DNA of 64,000 nt from an uncultured Burkholderiales bacterium (GCA_964386195.1 CAYLTE010000003.1:99-64098); one strand, 5' to 3'; positions 52,375 through 60,896 are shown, numbered from the stretch's first letter. A program made the numbers and translations. Notes: a model not told the origin generated them from the sequence alone.

Positions 52375-52995
52375 ATGACCTGCGCGACCTCCGATATCAC
52401 GATTCTCAAGGGCACGACTTTCGCGCGCACGCTACGCTGGGAGTCTGCCCCCTTGGTGTACAAGGCGATTACGGGGATCACCAAGGCCGCGCCGGTAGTC
52501 ATTACGGCAACAGGGCATGGCTTGGTGGACGGCTGGCGCGCGGCGGTACTGTCCGCCGGAGGCATGCGAGAGATCAATGCAACAGTGCGGGTGAAAGGGC
52601 AGGTGCCGGCCGCGGATCAGTTCCGCAAGGTGACATACGTTGATGCAAACTCCATCGCGTTCAACGAGGTTAATTCCCTCGACTTCACGGCGTATACGTC
52701 CGGGGGTGCCTTGGTGTATTATACCCCGGTGGACCTTGCAGGGTTTACTGCGCGCATGCAGATTCGTGCAACGGCAAACGCTACCGGAGATCCGCTGGTA
52801 TCGCTTACCACAGAGAATGGTGGAATCACGATTGACAACACCGCGAAGACAATCGATCTCCTGATCGCTGCTACAGCGACAGCCGCGCTGGATTTTGTTT
52901 CTGGCGTGTACGATCTGGAGATGATTTCCGCAGGGGGAGTTGTGACGCAGTTGGTTGCCGGAAAAGTACTCGTGCAGGAAGAAGTGACTCGTTAA
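52375..52995 (+). CDS. tail-module protein (206 aa)
   Basis: AGGA RBS before the ATG at 52375. Confidence 0.7.
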   Translation: MTCATSDITILKGTTFARTLRWESAPLVYKAITGITKAAPVVITATGHGLVDGWRAAVLSAGGMREINATVRVKGQVPAADQFRKVTYVDANSIAFNEVNSLDFTAYTSGGALVYYTPVDLAGFTARMQIRATANATGDPLVSLTTENGGITIDNTAKTIDLLIAATATAALDFVSGVYDLEMISAGGVVTQLVAGKVLVQEEVTR

Positions 52996-53015
52996 TTTTG
53001 TAAAGGAGCCTTACC

Positions 53016-53384
53016 ATGGCAAGCAATAAAGTATTCAATTTTGGTCCGGTCGCGCTGACAAACACGCTGACCACAAACATTCTCAATCCTGCTGCGGCTT
53101 CCGGCGGCGTCAATGGGGGATCCAGCGGGCAGTACATCATCCTGCGGCACATCCGCATCGTCAACAAGACGGCGGGCGCAGTGACGTTCTCCTTGTGGAA
53201 AGGCGCGACCGGCGCCAACGCCGCCGGCACAGAAGTCGTGGGTACGGGGCTGTCGGTTGCCGCAAACTCGGCATATGACTGGTACGGCATCATGCGCTTC
53301 GATACCGCGGACTTCCTGGTCGGCGGCGCGAGCGCGAATACCTCCCTGTCGATTCAGGGCGAGGGTGAAGTCGGCGTCGCCTAA
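53016..53384 (+). CDS. tail-module protein (122 aa)
   Basis: AGGAG RBS. Confidence 0.65.
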   Translation: MASNKVFNFGPVALTNTLTTNILNPAAASGGVNGGSSGQYIILRHIRIVNKTAGAVTFSLWKGATGANAAGTEVVGTGLSVAANSAYDWYGIMRFDTADFLVGGASANTSLSIQGEGEVGVA

Positions 53385-53386
53385 GC

Positions 53387-53773
53387 GTGGAAGACGATCT
53401 GTTCATCGCCACGACCGACTCAGCGCAGCCGGTCGTTGTCGATTTACCCGAGACGACCGTACTGATACAGGCGGAGGCGCATCCGCTCGCAGTTGAAGTA
53501 CCTGCGCTCAGCGTGGCCGCGATTGAGCAGGTGCAGCATGTAGTGATAGAGACCTTGCAGCCCAGCGTGATTACGGTGGGTGAGCAGGGTCCGCCGGGGC
53601 CACAGGGACCGCAAGGCCCGGCAGGAAGCGGCGGAGGCGCCACTACTGCTACGGGTGGCATGGGTATGGACGGGCAGGATGGTGAAGACGGTTTTATTTT
53701 GATGGTGCCGACGCCCGTTGTTGCTGGTGGTGTCACGAGCGATATTTATGCGTTCGCCGCCGCTCATGGATAA
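53387..53773 (+). CDS. small collagen-like repeat protein (128 aa, GTG start)
   Basis: GEQGPPGPQGPQGPAGSGG followed by a GMDGQDGEDG module, the same module seen in the next gene. Confidence 0.65.
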   Translation: MEDDLFIATTDSAQPVVVDLPETTVLIQAEAHPLAVEVPALSVAAIEQVQHVVIETLQPSVITVGEQGPPGPQGPQGPAGSGGGATTATGGMGMDGQDGEDGFILMVPTPVVAGGVTSDIYAFAAAHG

Positions 53774-53776
53774 TTT

Positions 53777-55222
53777 ATGATTCGGCTCAATAACACCACT
53801 CGCAAACTGATCGCTGCGCTGGGCGGTTCAGTTGTTGTAAACCAACTGCCGATCTCGGTCAGCTTCTCTGACCATACTGCCGCGTCCTATACAGGGGCGA
53901 TGCAGTTGTCGGCTACGAATGACGCAAATCCGGTAGATATCTGCAACGCGCCTGCAAGCGGTGCAGTGCGTGACATTGATTATATCAGTGTGAAGAACCG
54001 GGACACCGCGCCCGCCACGATCACGATCTCATATGACGACAACGGTAGTGTCTCTGCGATCGTAGCGATCTTGCTTGCGGCCGGTGATCACCTGACTTAT
54101 GTACACGGCTCCGGCTGGCAGGTGCTGAATGCCAGCGGGCAGCTACTTACTTCAGGCGCCCAGGGCGCCCAGGGCGAGCGCGGCGCAACCGGTGCTGCAG
54201 GCATGGATGGGCTGGATGGCGAAGACGGAATGACCGTCGTCGGGCCGCAAGGCGCAACCGGGGCCACCGGCGACACTGGCCCGCAGGGGGTGCAAGGGCC
54301 AATAGGCCCGCAAGGCGCGCCCGGCCTGGATGGCGAGGATGGTAGTGACGGCATGCCTATCCCGGGGCCACAGGGCGTTCCTGGCCCGCAGGGACCGCAA
54401 GGGGCAACTGGCGCCACTGGCGATACGGGCGCTACTGGTGCCACCGGGGATACTGGGCCGCAAGGTGATACGGGACCAATCGGGCCGCAAGGTATGCTCG
54501 GGCTAGATGGCGAAGATGGTAGTGATGGCATGCCCATTCCCGGACCGCAGGGCGCGACGGGGCCGCAGGGACCGCAAGGCGCTACTGGTCCTACGGGGGC
54601 TACCGGCCCGCAAGGTCCGATGAGCGTATCGATTCTCCCCGGAGAAGATGGGGAAGACGGGATTACTATCCCGGGCACGCAGGGCGGTGGCGGCGGCCCG
54701 AGCAGCATCGGCAAACATTCCGTATTTATTCCTGCGGCGGGCATGATCTCGCGGATCACTGCGGGTGCAGAGTATTCCCAGGGCGAGACGACCACCAATC
54801 GCATACAGATGGCCGGGTTTTTGTTTGACGGCACTACACAAGAGCACGTTCAGTTTTATCTTGGTGCGCCTAAAAGTTGGGATAAAGGCACGGTAGTCGC
54901 ACGCTTTCTTTATGCGCCGACTACGACTTCTTCTACCGCAACCCGTTGGGAAATTGCTGCACGGGCCTTCGGGGATGGTGATGCGCTCGATACTGCGTTC
55001 GGCACGGCAGTAGGTGTAGACACTAGCCATACTACGGCGAATCAAGTCGAGGTTTCGGCTTCGACCAGTGCGCTCACGGTCGCAGGTACGCCGGTGACAG
55101 ACGACCTCCTGATATTCCAAGTTAGCCGCGCGCCGGCAAACGCAGGAGATACCTACACAGCCGATGCGCGGTTACTTGGCGTCTGGGTAGACTTTACCAC
55201 TGACGCGGCTACGGACGACTGA
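53777..55222 (+). CDS. collagen-like tail fibre protein
   Basis: About 175 aa of GXY triplets (nt 54155-54690), interrupted by DGxDGxDG(M/I)x(I/V)PG modules, with globular N- and C-domains. Confidence 0.85.
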   Translation: MIRLNNTTRKLIAALGGSVVVNQLPISVSFSDHTAASYTGAMQLSATNDANPVDICNAPASGAVRDIDYISVKNRDTAPATITISYDDNGSVSAIVAILLAAGDHLTYVHGSGWQVLNASGQLLTSGAQGAQGERGATGAAGMDGLDGEDGMTVVGPQGATGATGDTGPQGVQGPIGPQGAPGLDGEDGSDGMPIPGPQGVPGPQGPQGATGATGDTGATGATGDTGPQGDTGPIGPQGMLGLDGEDGSDGMPIPGPQGATGPQGPQGATGPTGATGPQGPMSVSILPGEDGEDGITIPGTQGGGGGPSSIGKHSVFIPAAGMISRITAGAEYSQGETTTNRIQMAGFLFDGTTQEHVQFYLGAPKSWDKGTVVARFLYAPTTTSSTATRWEIAARAFGDGDALDTAFGTAVGVDTSHTTANQVEVSASTSALTVAGTPVTDDLLIFQVSRAPANAGDTYTADARLLGVWVDFTTDAATDD

Positions 55223-55224
55223 CC

Positions 55225-56124
55225 ATGATGCCCGCGATGCAGCAGGTAGTAAGGGCGGTGCCGCACCGTAGGGTTGCGACATTCTCCGGCGCGAACGTCA
55301 ATTTGTTCACGGCTACCGGGTCCAAGTCTTTTCAACACGAACTGTGGGCCAAGACGGCGGGAACGCTTTCCTCAGCGTCCCCTGCTACGCCCGCGTTTCA
55401 GTCAGGGAGCTTTGTTACTGGCACTCACGTCCGCGTCATTATCAATCACCAGATCACCGGGGCTACGGGTGCTACCGGCGGCACGGGTAGTCAGGGAGCG
55501 AGCGGTGTTGGCGGCGCCGGCGGTAAGGGGGCCACTAACGGCGCCGATGCTGTTGGTGGCAGCAGCGGCGGCACTGGCGCAACAGGGACAACAGGCGGCA
55601 CTGGTGGTATTGGGGGCGTCAGTCTTGCCGCTACCACAAAGATATTCGTAGATAACCGCAGTACCCTTCAAGGTGGGTCGGGCGGCGCTGGCGGCGCTGG
55701 CGGCGCTGGAGGTTGGGGCGGCGGCGGTGGTGGTGGCGGCGGTGGCGGGGGACGACGCGATGATGGAGAGGTAGCCTACCCCGTTGGCGGTGGCGGTGGC
55801 GGTGGCGGCACTGGGTCGTCTACGGGCACTCCGGGCGCAGGCGGCGGAGGTTTCCCCGGGGGAAGCGCAGGCTCCGGCACTGTAGGCGGGGCAGGTGGTG
55901 GCTCCGGCGCAGGCGCGGGGGGTAATGGTGGTGCGTTAAATACCGCCGGTGCGGCAGGTGGCGCGGGCGTTGTGGGATGGGGTACAAACGGGGCTGGTGG
56001 CCCGGCTGGCGGTGTAGGCGCAACGGGCGCAACGGGCGCAACGGGCGCACAAGGCAACGCGGTCACGGGCGACAGCAACATCACATGGATTAACACCGGA
56101 ACGCGGAACGGAGGCATATCGTGA
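55225..56124 (+). CDS. glycine-rich fibre/tail protein
   Basis: GATGATGGTGSQG..., a poly-Gly run of about 12 (nt ~55717-55752) and a second run of 8. C-terminal NITWINTGTRNGGIS. Confidence 0.75.
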   Translation: MMPAMQQVVRAVPHRRVATFSGANVNLFTATGSKSFQHELWAKTAGTLSSASPATPAFQSGSFVTGTHVRVIINHQITGATGATGGTGSQGASGVGGAGGKGATNGADAVGGSSGGTGATGTTGGTGGIGGVSLAATTKIFVDNRSTLQGGSGGAGGAGGAGGWGGGGGGGGGGGGRRDDGEVAYPVGGGGGGGGTGSSTGTPGAGGGGFPGGSAGSGTVGGAGGGSGAGAGGNGGALNTAGAAGGAGVVGWGTNGAGGPAGGVGATGATGATGAQGNAVTGDSNITWINTGTRNGGIS

Positions 56125-56504
56125 ACTTGAAATTCAAGATTATCAGCGTGGATGAGGCCGAGCAGTCCATCGTCGTCCGCTTCTACACCGACAAGATCAC
56201 CGAGCAGATGCTGGTGAACGAGAAGGACGCAGAGGGAAATATCCTGCGCTGCCGCACGGACATGAATATCACCTTCCCCGACGCGGAGACGCGCCCCAAA
56301 GGCGATGCGCTTGAGTCCTACATCTTGCGCCATGCGCCGGTTCAGTTCTTCAACTTGAAGGAGCAGGTAGCAGACAGCCGTGTGGATACGTCGATGGGTG
56401 ACATCGCCGCGCTGGTGGGGGTGGAGCAAACGAGGACCGTGGACAGGCTGGAAGGCCAGTTCATCCTTCGGGACAAGGTGACGACCACCGAAAAGGCGAG
56501 GTAG
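56121..56504 (+). CDS. hypothetical protein (127 aa, GTG start)
   Basis: GTGA coupling to the fibre gene. Confidence 0.6.
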   Translation: MNLKFKIISVDEAEQSIVVRFYTDKITEQMLVNEKDAEGNILRCRTDMNITFPDAETRPKGDALESYILRHAPVQFFNLKEQVADSRVDTSMGDIAALVGVEQTRTVDRLEGQFILRDKVTTTEKAR

Positions 56505-56506
56505 CC

Positions 56507-57526
56507 GTGCGGGTCATCGACTACACCGCCGATCCCGCCACGCTGTCCCGGCTTCGCTTCGCTGGGGCGGACATCGAGCCCGTGCTCGCGCTGCGCCGGG
56601 TTCCCGCCGTCAGCATGGTGGGGAAGGGGGCAGTCATGCGCGGAGGGCAGTGGCCCGGTTTCCTGAGCCTGTTTCCACTACCGGCGTTCCAGCAAAACGC
56701 GATCACGTTCCCGGAGTTGATGCGGGCGACGGCAGCGGCCCTGTTGGCCGAGGGCAAGGAAATCCACTTTGCGTGGTCTGGCGGACTCGACTCCACGGGG
56801 GCGCTGCTGGCGTTGAAGGATGTCGGAGCGACAAAGGCGCAGGTGGCGGTCCACTACACCGACGCCTCTGTGGAGGAGTACCCCGCTCTGGTGCCATTCG
56901 TGGAACAGAACTTCGTCGCAGTGAAGGAGGCGGCGGTTTCCCCACATACACACGACTGTTTGTGGGTGAACGGCGAGGGCGGAAATCAACTGTTTTTCCC
57001 GGTCCGGCGCGAGAAGTTTGACGCGATGCGGGCAGATCAGTCGAACGAAGCCCCGTGGGAGAGTTATTTCTTCCGTAGCCCTGGTATCGCGGAGGCGGAC
57101 AAACAAGCCGTGCGCTACCTGATGGCGCTGTGCCCTTTCCCGGTCAGCACCGTGGAGCAGGCGCAGTGGTGGCGGGTGTTCTACCTGCACTGGCAGCACC
57201 TCGCGTTGCGGCAGGGGCGCACGCTCGCACAGGCGGAGTTCAACGAGTTCAGGCAATCGGCGCGACCGTTCTTCATGACCGAAGCGTGGCAAGTGTGGTC
57301 GATGGCGTACATGGCCACCAAGCAGCCCGATGATAGTTATCTGATGCTCAAGCGCCCGCTGAAGGATTACATACAGTCGGTGTATCCGGACGACGAATAC
57401 TATAACGGCAAGGCCACGCAGCCTTCGAGCACCGGCGTGAACCTGCCGGCCGTGCCGTACATTCGATTCGAGGACGGGTCGGTGGCGACGACGGACGCAG
57501 AAACCATGGAGAAAGTACAAGCATGA
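56507..57526 (+). CDS. PP-loop ATP pyrophosphatase, asparagine-synthetase-C-domain-like, no glutaminase domain
   Basis: EGKEIHFAWSGGLDSTGALLAL contains the SGGxDS PP-loop in an AsnB-like context. GAGG RBS, GTG start. Confidence 0.78.
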   Translation: MRVIDYTADPATLSRLRFAGADIEPVLALRRVPAVSMVGKGAVMRGGQWPGFLSLFPLPAFQQNAITFPELMRATAAALLAEGKEIHFAWSGGLDSTGALLALKDVGATKAQVAVHYTDASVEEYPALVPFVEQNFVAVKEAAVSPHTHDCLWVNGEGGNQLFFPVRREKFDAMRADQSNEAPWESYFFRSPGIAEADKQAVRYLMALCPFPVSTVEQAQWWRVFYLHWQHLALRQGRTLAQAEFNEFRQSARPFFMTEAWQVWSMAYMATKQPDDSYLMLKRPLKDYIQSVYPDDEYYNGKATQPSSTGVNLPAVPYIRFEDGSVATTDAETMEKVQA

Positions 57527-58314
57527 AGAAGCTGATTGCGGCCCTGCTGATGGCGTTCGCCCTAGCGGCGCACGGGCAGAAGTACACCGTCATCTCTGCC
57601 TCGTCCGGTGGTGACCTCGGCGACCTGATCCGCCATACGGCGCTGGCGCGCGTTCCGCACGTACACGAGCCTTCGCCGGGCGGCGACGGTTTGATCGCCC
57701 CCAGCAAGTTCGCCGCCAAGCCCGCCGGCAAGTATCTGCTCCTCAGCGGCCTGATGACGCAGCAGGTCGTAGGGCCGCGGCTGCACCCGGAGCGGGCAAA
57801 CTATTCGGATGCGGATCTTGTGCCCATCACATTGCTGGCGATGACGCATTTTGTCGTGGTCGCACATCCGCAGGCGGCGTTTCCGCACGGCCGCATTGCG
57901 GTGGCGGGCAGCAACGCGCAGTTTGTCGTGCGGCTGATCGGGAAGCAGATTGGAATGCCGTTAGAGCCGGTTGCGTATAAGGGCATCGCGCACGGCATTC
58001 TCGACGCTGCCCGCGGCGACGTGGAGTTCGCGCTGGTGCAAGTGGGGACCGCACAGCCGCATTTGGCCGCCGGTCGTGTACGCTTGGTCGGAGAGTTCCC
58101 GGAGATTCCTGCCGCATTTGGGCTGTATGGGCAGCGCGGGATGTCCGCACACGAAGTGGTGCAACTGGTCCGGGCAATCGCGACCGCATTGCAGATGCCC
58201 AGCGCGAAGCAAACGTATGCGGAACAGTACCTGCGAATGCCGGAATCCCTCGGGCCGAAGCCATTAATACAGCTTATAGAAACCCAGCGAAAATCTTATG
58301 GAGACTTGAAATGA
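57523..58314 (+). CDS. secreted periplasmic-binding-protein-like protein, divergent Bug/TctC family
   Basis: Signal peptide MKKLIAALLMAFALAAHG. VAYKGIAHGILDAARGDVEFAL and PHLAAGRVRLVG align by eye with the Bug-family VPYKG..PA..DLLGGQVD and ..GKLRALAV blocks. Confidence 0.7.
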   Translation: MKKLIAALLMAFALAAHGQKYTVISASSGGDLGDLIRHTALARVPHVHEPSPGGDGLIAPSKFAAKPAGKYLLLSGLMTQQVVGPRLHPERANYSDADLVPITLLAMTHFVVVAHPQAAFPHGRIAVAGSNAQFVVRLIGKQIGMPLEPVAYKGIAHGILDAARGDVEFALVQVGTAQPHLAAGRVRLVGEFPEIPAAFGLYGQRGMSAHEVVQLVRAIATALQMPSAKQTYAEQYLRMPESLGPKPLIQLIETQRKSYGDLK

Positions 58315-58616
58315 TCGAGCGCCGCGCGGATGACCCCCGTTTCAAGAAGCTGTTCCACGAAGTCGGCCAACTGAAGTCCCAGCATCAGGAAACTATTCAT
58401 AAGCTGGAATTGAACACCAAGGCCACTCTGGAGGTCAAAAAGAACACGGACGACATTGTTGCGGCCTGGAAAGCCCTGTCCGGCGGCTTGCAAGTACTGG
58501 GGTGGCTGGGCACGGTGGCAAAGTTCACGGCAATGTTGGCCGGCGCCGTTACCGCGATCAGTGCCGCATGGTATGCGATTCTGCATTTTGGCAGCGGACC
58601 CACCCCACCGAAATAA
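58311..58616 (+). CDS. membrane protein (101 aa), lysis-cassette associated
   Basis: GGAG RBS, ATGA coupling, C-terminal hydrophobic helices GLQVLGWLGTVAKFTAMLAGAVTAISAAWYAIL. Confidence 0.65.
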   Translation: MIERRADDPRFKKLFHEVGQLKSQHQETIHKLELNTKATLEVKKNTDDIVAAWKALSGGLQVLGWLGTVAKFTAMLAGAVTAISAAWYAILHFGSGPTPPK

Positions 58617-58626
58617 GGAGATCCTT

Positions 58627-58953
58627 ATGTTCCGCACGCTGCTTGCCGCCCTGCTGTGCTCCGCGACCTGGGCTGTCGCCGCTGAAGTCTCCGCCACGTA
58701 TGAGGTCGAGGGGCACGGTACCGTCGTGGTTACCCTGACCGACACACCCTGCGTTGACGAAGCGATCCTGGCCAACGTCAAGCCGGAGTACCATGCACAG
58801 TTGTTAGCCGGGCGAGCGACCGTTGCCGGCACGCCCCGCGGGTTGTGCTGGAGCGGCGAGGCCAGTCCTGGCGAGGTGTTCGTTATCGATGCGCAGGGCT
58901 CGTACGGCCTCATCCCCATGACACTGTTCAAAGCAGTGGGCACCGGCATCTGA
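58627..58953 (+). CDS. secreted or lipoprotein-like protein (108 aa)
   Basis: AAGGAG RBS; MFRTLLAALLCSATWAVAAE is a signal sequence with a possible lipobox Cys. Confidence 0.65.
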   Translation: MFRTLLAALLCSATWAVAAEVSATYEVEGHGTVVVTLTDTPCVDEAILANVKPEYHAQLLAGRATVAGTPRGLCWSGEASPGEVFVIDAQGSYGLIPMTLFKAVGTGI

Positions 58954-59372
58954 TGAAGTGCGTACTGCAGCGTACGGAGTCCGGCGACCAAGGTACCTTC
59001 GGGCGCCTGGTACTGCCAGACGGCATGACCTTCTTTACGGGGGAACTCCCGTGGCGCGAGAACCGCAGCAACGTTTCCTGCATCCCGGCTGACACCTACG
59101 AGTGCCGCTGGACCATGAGCCCGCGGTTTCGCCGGATGATGTACATCCTGCTGGGTACTTCCCCGCGGGCGGGGATCCGCAAGCATAGTGCGAACCTGAT
59201 GGGGGACAAAGCTAAAGGGTATCGCGCGCAGTTGAACGGGTGTATTGCTCTTGGCGAACGACTGGGCTGGCTGGACGGCCAGAAGGCACTACTGCTGTCA
59301 GCGCCGGCCATGCGTAGGTTCGAGACCGCCATGGCGGGGCGCCCATTTACTTTGGAGATACGCGATGTTTGA
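58953..59372 (+). CDS. DUF5675/YkuD-like protein, candidate peptidoglycan peptidase (endolysin candidate)
   Basis: CIPADTYEC...GIRKHSANLMGD...QLNGCIALG resembles the H-x(~17)-GC(I/V) L,D-transpeptidase-fold motif. Adjacent to the holin. Confidence 0.65.
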   Translation: MKCVLQRTESGDQGTFGRLVLPDGMTFFTGELPWRENRSNVSCIPADTYECRWTMSPRFRRMMYILLGTSPRAGIRKHSANLMGDKAKGYRAQLNGCIALGERLGWLDGQKALLLSAPAMRRFETAMAGRPFTLEIRDV

Positions 59373-59922
59373 GACAATTCTGGGCAGTATCCTCGGTGGC
59401 GGTGCAACCGGCCTGCTGGGCATCATTGCACAACGCTGGGCGGACTATAAGAACAAGCAGTTGGACATCGAACTGACGAAGACCAAGTTCGAGCACGAGC
59501 GGGACATGCGCCGCGCTGATGCGGAGATCATGGCTCAGGAGTGGGCGGCCCGCACCAAGGTGGCGGAAGTGGAAGCCGCGGGCAAGGAAGCGGTTGCTGA
59601 TAGCCAGGCGTTCGCCGCGAGCTTCGCGATGGAGCCCACGCGTTACAGCGAGGGCGTGAAGCCCACGCGCGGGCAGGGCTGGGTGCTGGTGGCCTTGGAT
59701 GCCGTACGTGGGGCGGTGCGGCCGGTTCTCACGGTCTATCTCTGCGTGCTGACCACGCTGGTCTATGTGCAAGCGCGTGAGCTTCTCGCCGGCGAAGATC
59801 TGACACCTGACAACGCGATTGAACTGGTCCGCCTGGTCATCAACACCATCCTGTACCTGACGACAACCTGCGTCCTGTGGTGGTTCGGCACCCGAAATCG
59901 CGGAACCGCCAGTACAAAATGA
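59365..59922 (+). CDS. holin (3-TM, GTA-holin-like)
   Basis: MFETILGSILGGGATGLLGIIAQRWADYKN... followed by two further TM helices; GGAG RBS. Confidence 0.68.
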   Translation: MFETILGSILGGGATGLLGIIAQRWADYKNKQLDIELTKTKFEHERDMRRADAEIMAQEWAARTKVAEVEAAGKEAVADSQAFAASFAMEPTRYSEGVKPTRGQGWVLVALDAVRGAVRPVLTVYLCVLTTLVYVQARELLAGEDLTPDNAIELVRLVINTILYLTTTCVLWWFGTRNRGTASTK

Positions 59923-60275
59923 CCACTCGCGGAAAAGATCGGCATATAAAATCCGAAAAACGCCGGCTATATCTGCGCGGATATCATCGACGCTGGGCGT
60001 GGAAAAATAAATTCGGAATATCCGCGGATCGCGTCGAACAAATGCTCGCGGAGCAAGATGGACGCTGTGCAATATGTTATCGCGAATTCGATTTTGATTC
60101 ACAAGGCCGCGGCAGAAGTGAACTAGTTCCGCATGTAGATCACGATCATCAGAGCGGTAAAGCTAGGGGTCTGTTATGTAATGGATGTAATGTGTCTATT
60201 GGCCGGATGGGCGAAAGCATCGAGACCTTTGAGCGCGCTATCATATATTTACGCAAAGCAAAAATCAGCACCTAA
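59919..60275 (+). CDS. endonuclease VII-type HNH endonuclease
   Basis: CAICYREF...HVDHDHQSGKARGLLCNGCNVSIG; AT-richer than its flanks; ATGA coupling. Confidence 0.85.
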   Translation: MTTRGKDRHIKSEKRRLYLRGYHRRWAWKNKFGISADRVEQMLAEQDGRCAICYREFDFDSQGRGRSELVPHVDHDHQSGKARGLLCNGCNVSIGRMGESIETFERAIIYLRKAKIST

Positions 60276-60298
60276 ATAATTTTTAATCGGAGATTGAC

Positions 60299-60706
60299 AT
60301 GGCACAAGTAATGATTAAGACCCCCGGCGAGGTGCTGGGCCGCAACAGTCTGACCAACATCCCGGCCAGTGGCAACACTGAACTGCTGGAACTGGACACG
60401 CGGGATATCGATCGGCTGTCGATCGAACTGGTGATGAGCGCCAACCAGGCTCTTGACGCCTTTGTGATGCAGGCCAAGATCCACCCCGACTCCAGCTACG
60501 TGACGATCACCAGCGCGATCACGGCGACCCCAGGCGGGGTGGTCATTGCTGCCAGCGGGGCGCTGGCTTCCTTGGCCGCCGGCGCGACGGGCTGGGCGCT
60601 GCTGGACGTTCGGACCTTCTTCTCGGTGAAGTTCCTGGCCTCTGGCGCCACCAATGACACCGCGGATGTCACGATCCGCGCTCGCGGCGTACGTGGGGCG
60701 CAATAA
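60299..60706 (+). CDS. hypothetical protein (135 aa), last rightward gene
   Basis: GGAG RBS in an AT-rich leader. Confidence 0.7.
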   Translation: MAQVMIKTPGEVLGRNSLTNIPASGNTELLELDTRDIDRLSIELVMSANQALDAFVMQAKIHPDSSYVTITSAITATPGGVVIAASGALASLAAGATGWALLDVRTFFSVKFLASGATNDTADVTIRARGVRGAQ

Positions 60707-60710
60707 AACA

Positions 60711-60736
60711 GCGGCCTTCGGGCCGCTTTCTTTTTT
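60711..60736. terminator. bidirectional intrinsic terminator
   Basis: GCGGCC-ttcg-GGCCGC followed by TTTCTTTTTT on the plus strand and by TGTTTTATT on the minus strand. Confidence 0.8.
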
Positions 60737-60812
60737 GGTTGCGGGAGAGGGATTTGAACCCTCGACCCTCTGGGTATGAACCAGATGCTCTGCCAGGCTG
60801 AGCTATCCCGCG
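60736..60812 (-). tRNA. tRNA-Met(CAU) with initiator-type C1xA72 acceptor end but elongator-like body
   Basis: Hand-folded cloverleaf CGCGGGA-TA-GCTC-AGCCTGGCA-GAGC-A-TCTGG-TTCATAC-CCAGA-GGGTC-GAGGG-TTCAAAT-CCCTC-TCCCGCA-A-CCA. Confidence 0.85.
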
Positions 60813-60820
60813 ATTGATCT

Positions 60821-60896
60821 TGGCAGACACCCAGGGAATCGAACCCCGCGCAGTCGGATTTGGAGTCCAACTCGCCACCTTGGGACATTGGCGCCT
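60821..60896 (-). tRNA. tRNA-Trp(CCA)-like, with a defective D-stem
   Basis: Acceptor AGGCGCC/GGTGTCT (two G:U pairs). Anticodon arm TTGGA-CTCCAAA-TCCGA. T-arm CGGGG-TTCGATT-CCCTG. CCA encoded. D-stem TGTC/GCGA pairs at only 2 of 4 positions. Confidence 0.62.

Noticed and set aside
53387-56124. Diversity-generating retroelement acting on the repetitive fibre genes.
   Set aside because: No reverse transcriptase gene and no template/variable repeat pair with adenine-specific differences is visible anywhere in the window.
56507-57526. That the PP-loop protein is a TilS-like lysidine synthetase acting on the phage CAU tRNA, making it tRNA-Ile2.
   Set aside because: It is attractive, but the SGGLDS motif sits about 100 residues in, in an AsnB-like context, rather than at the extreme N-terminus as in TilS. 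The gene is also in the fibre/lysis region, far from the tRNAs. Left as a caveat, not a claim.
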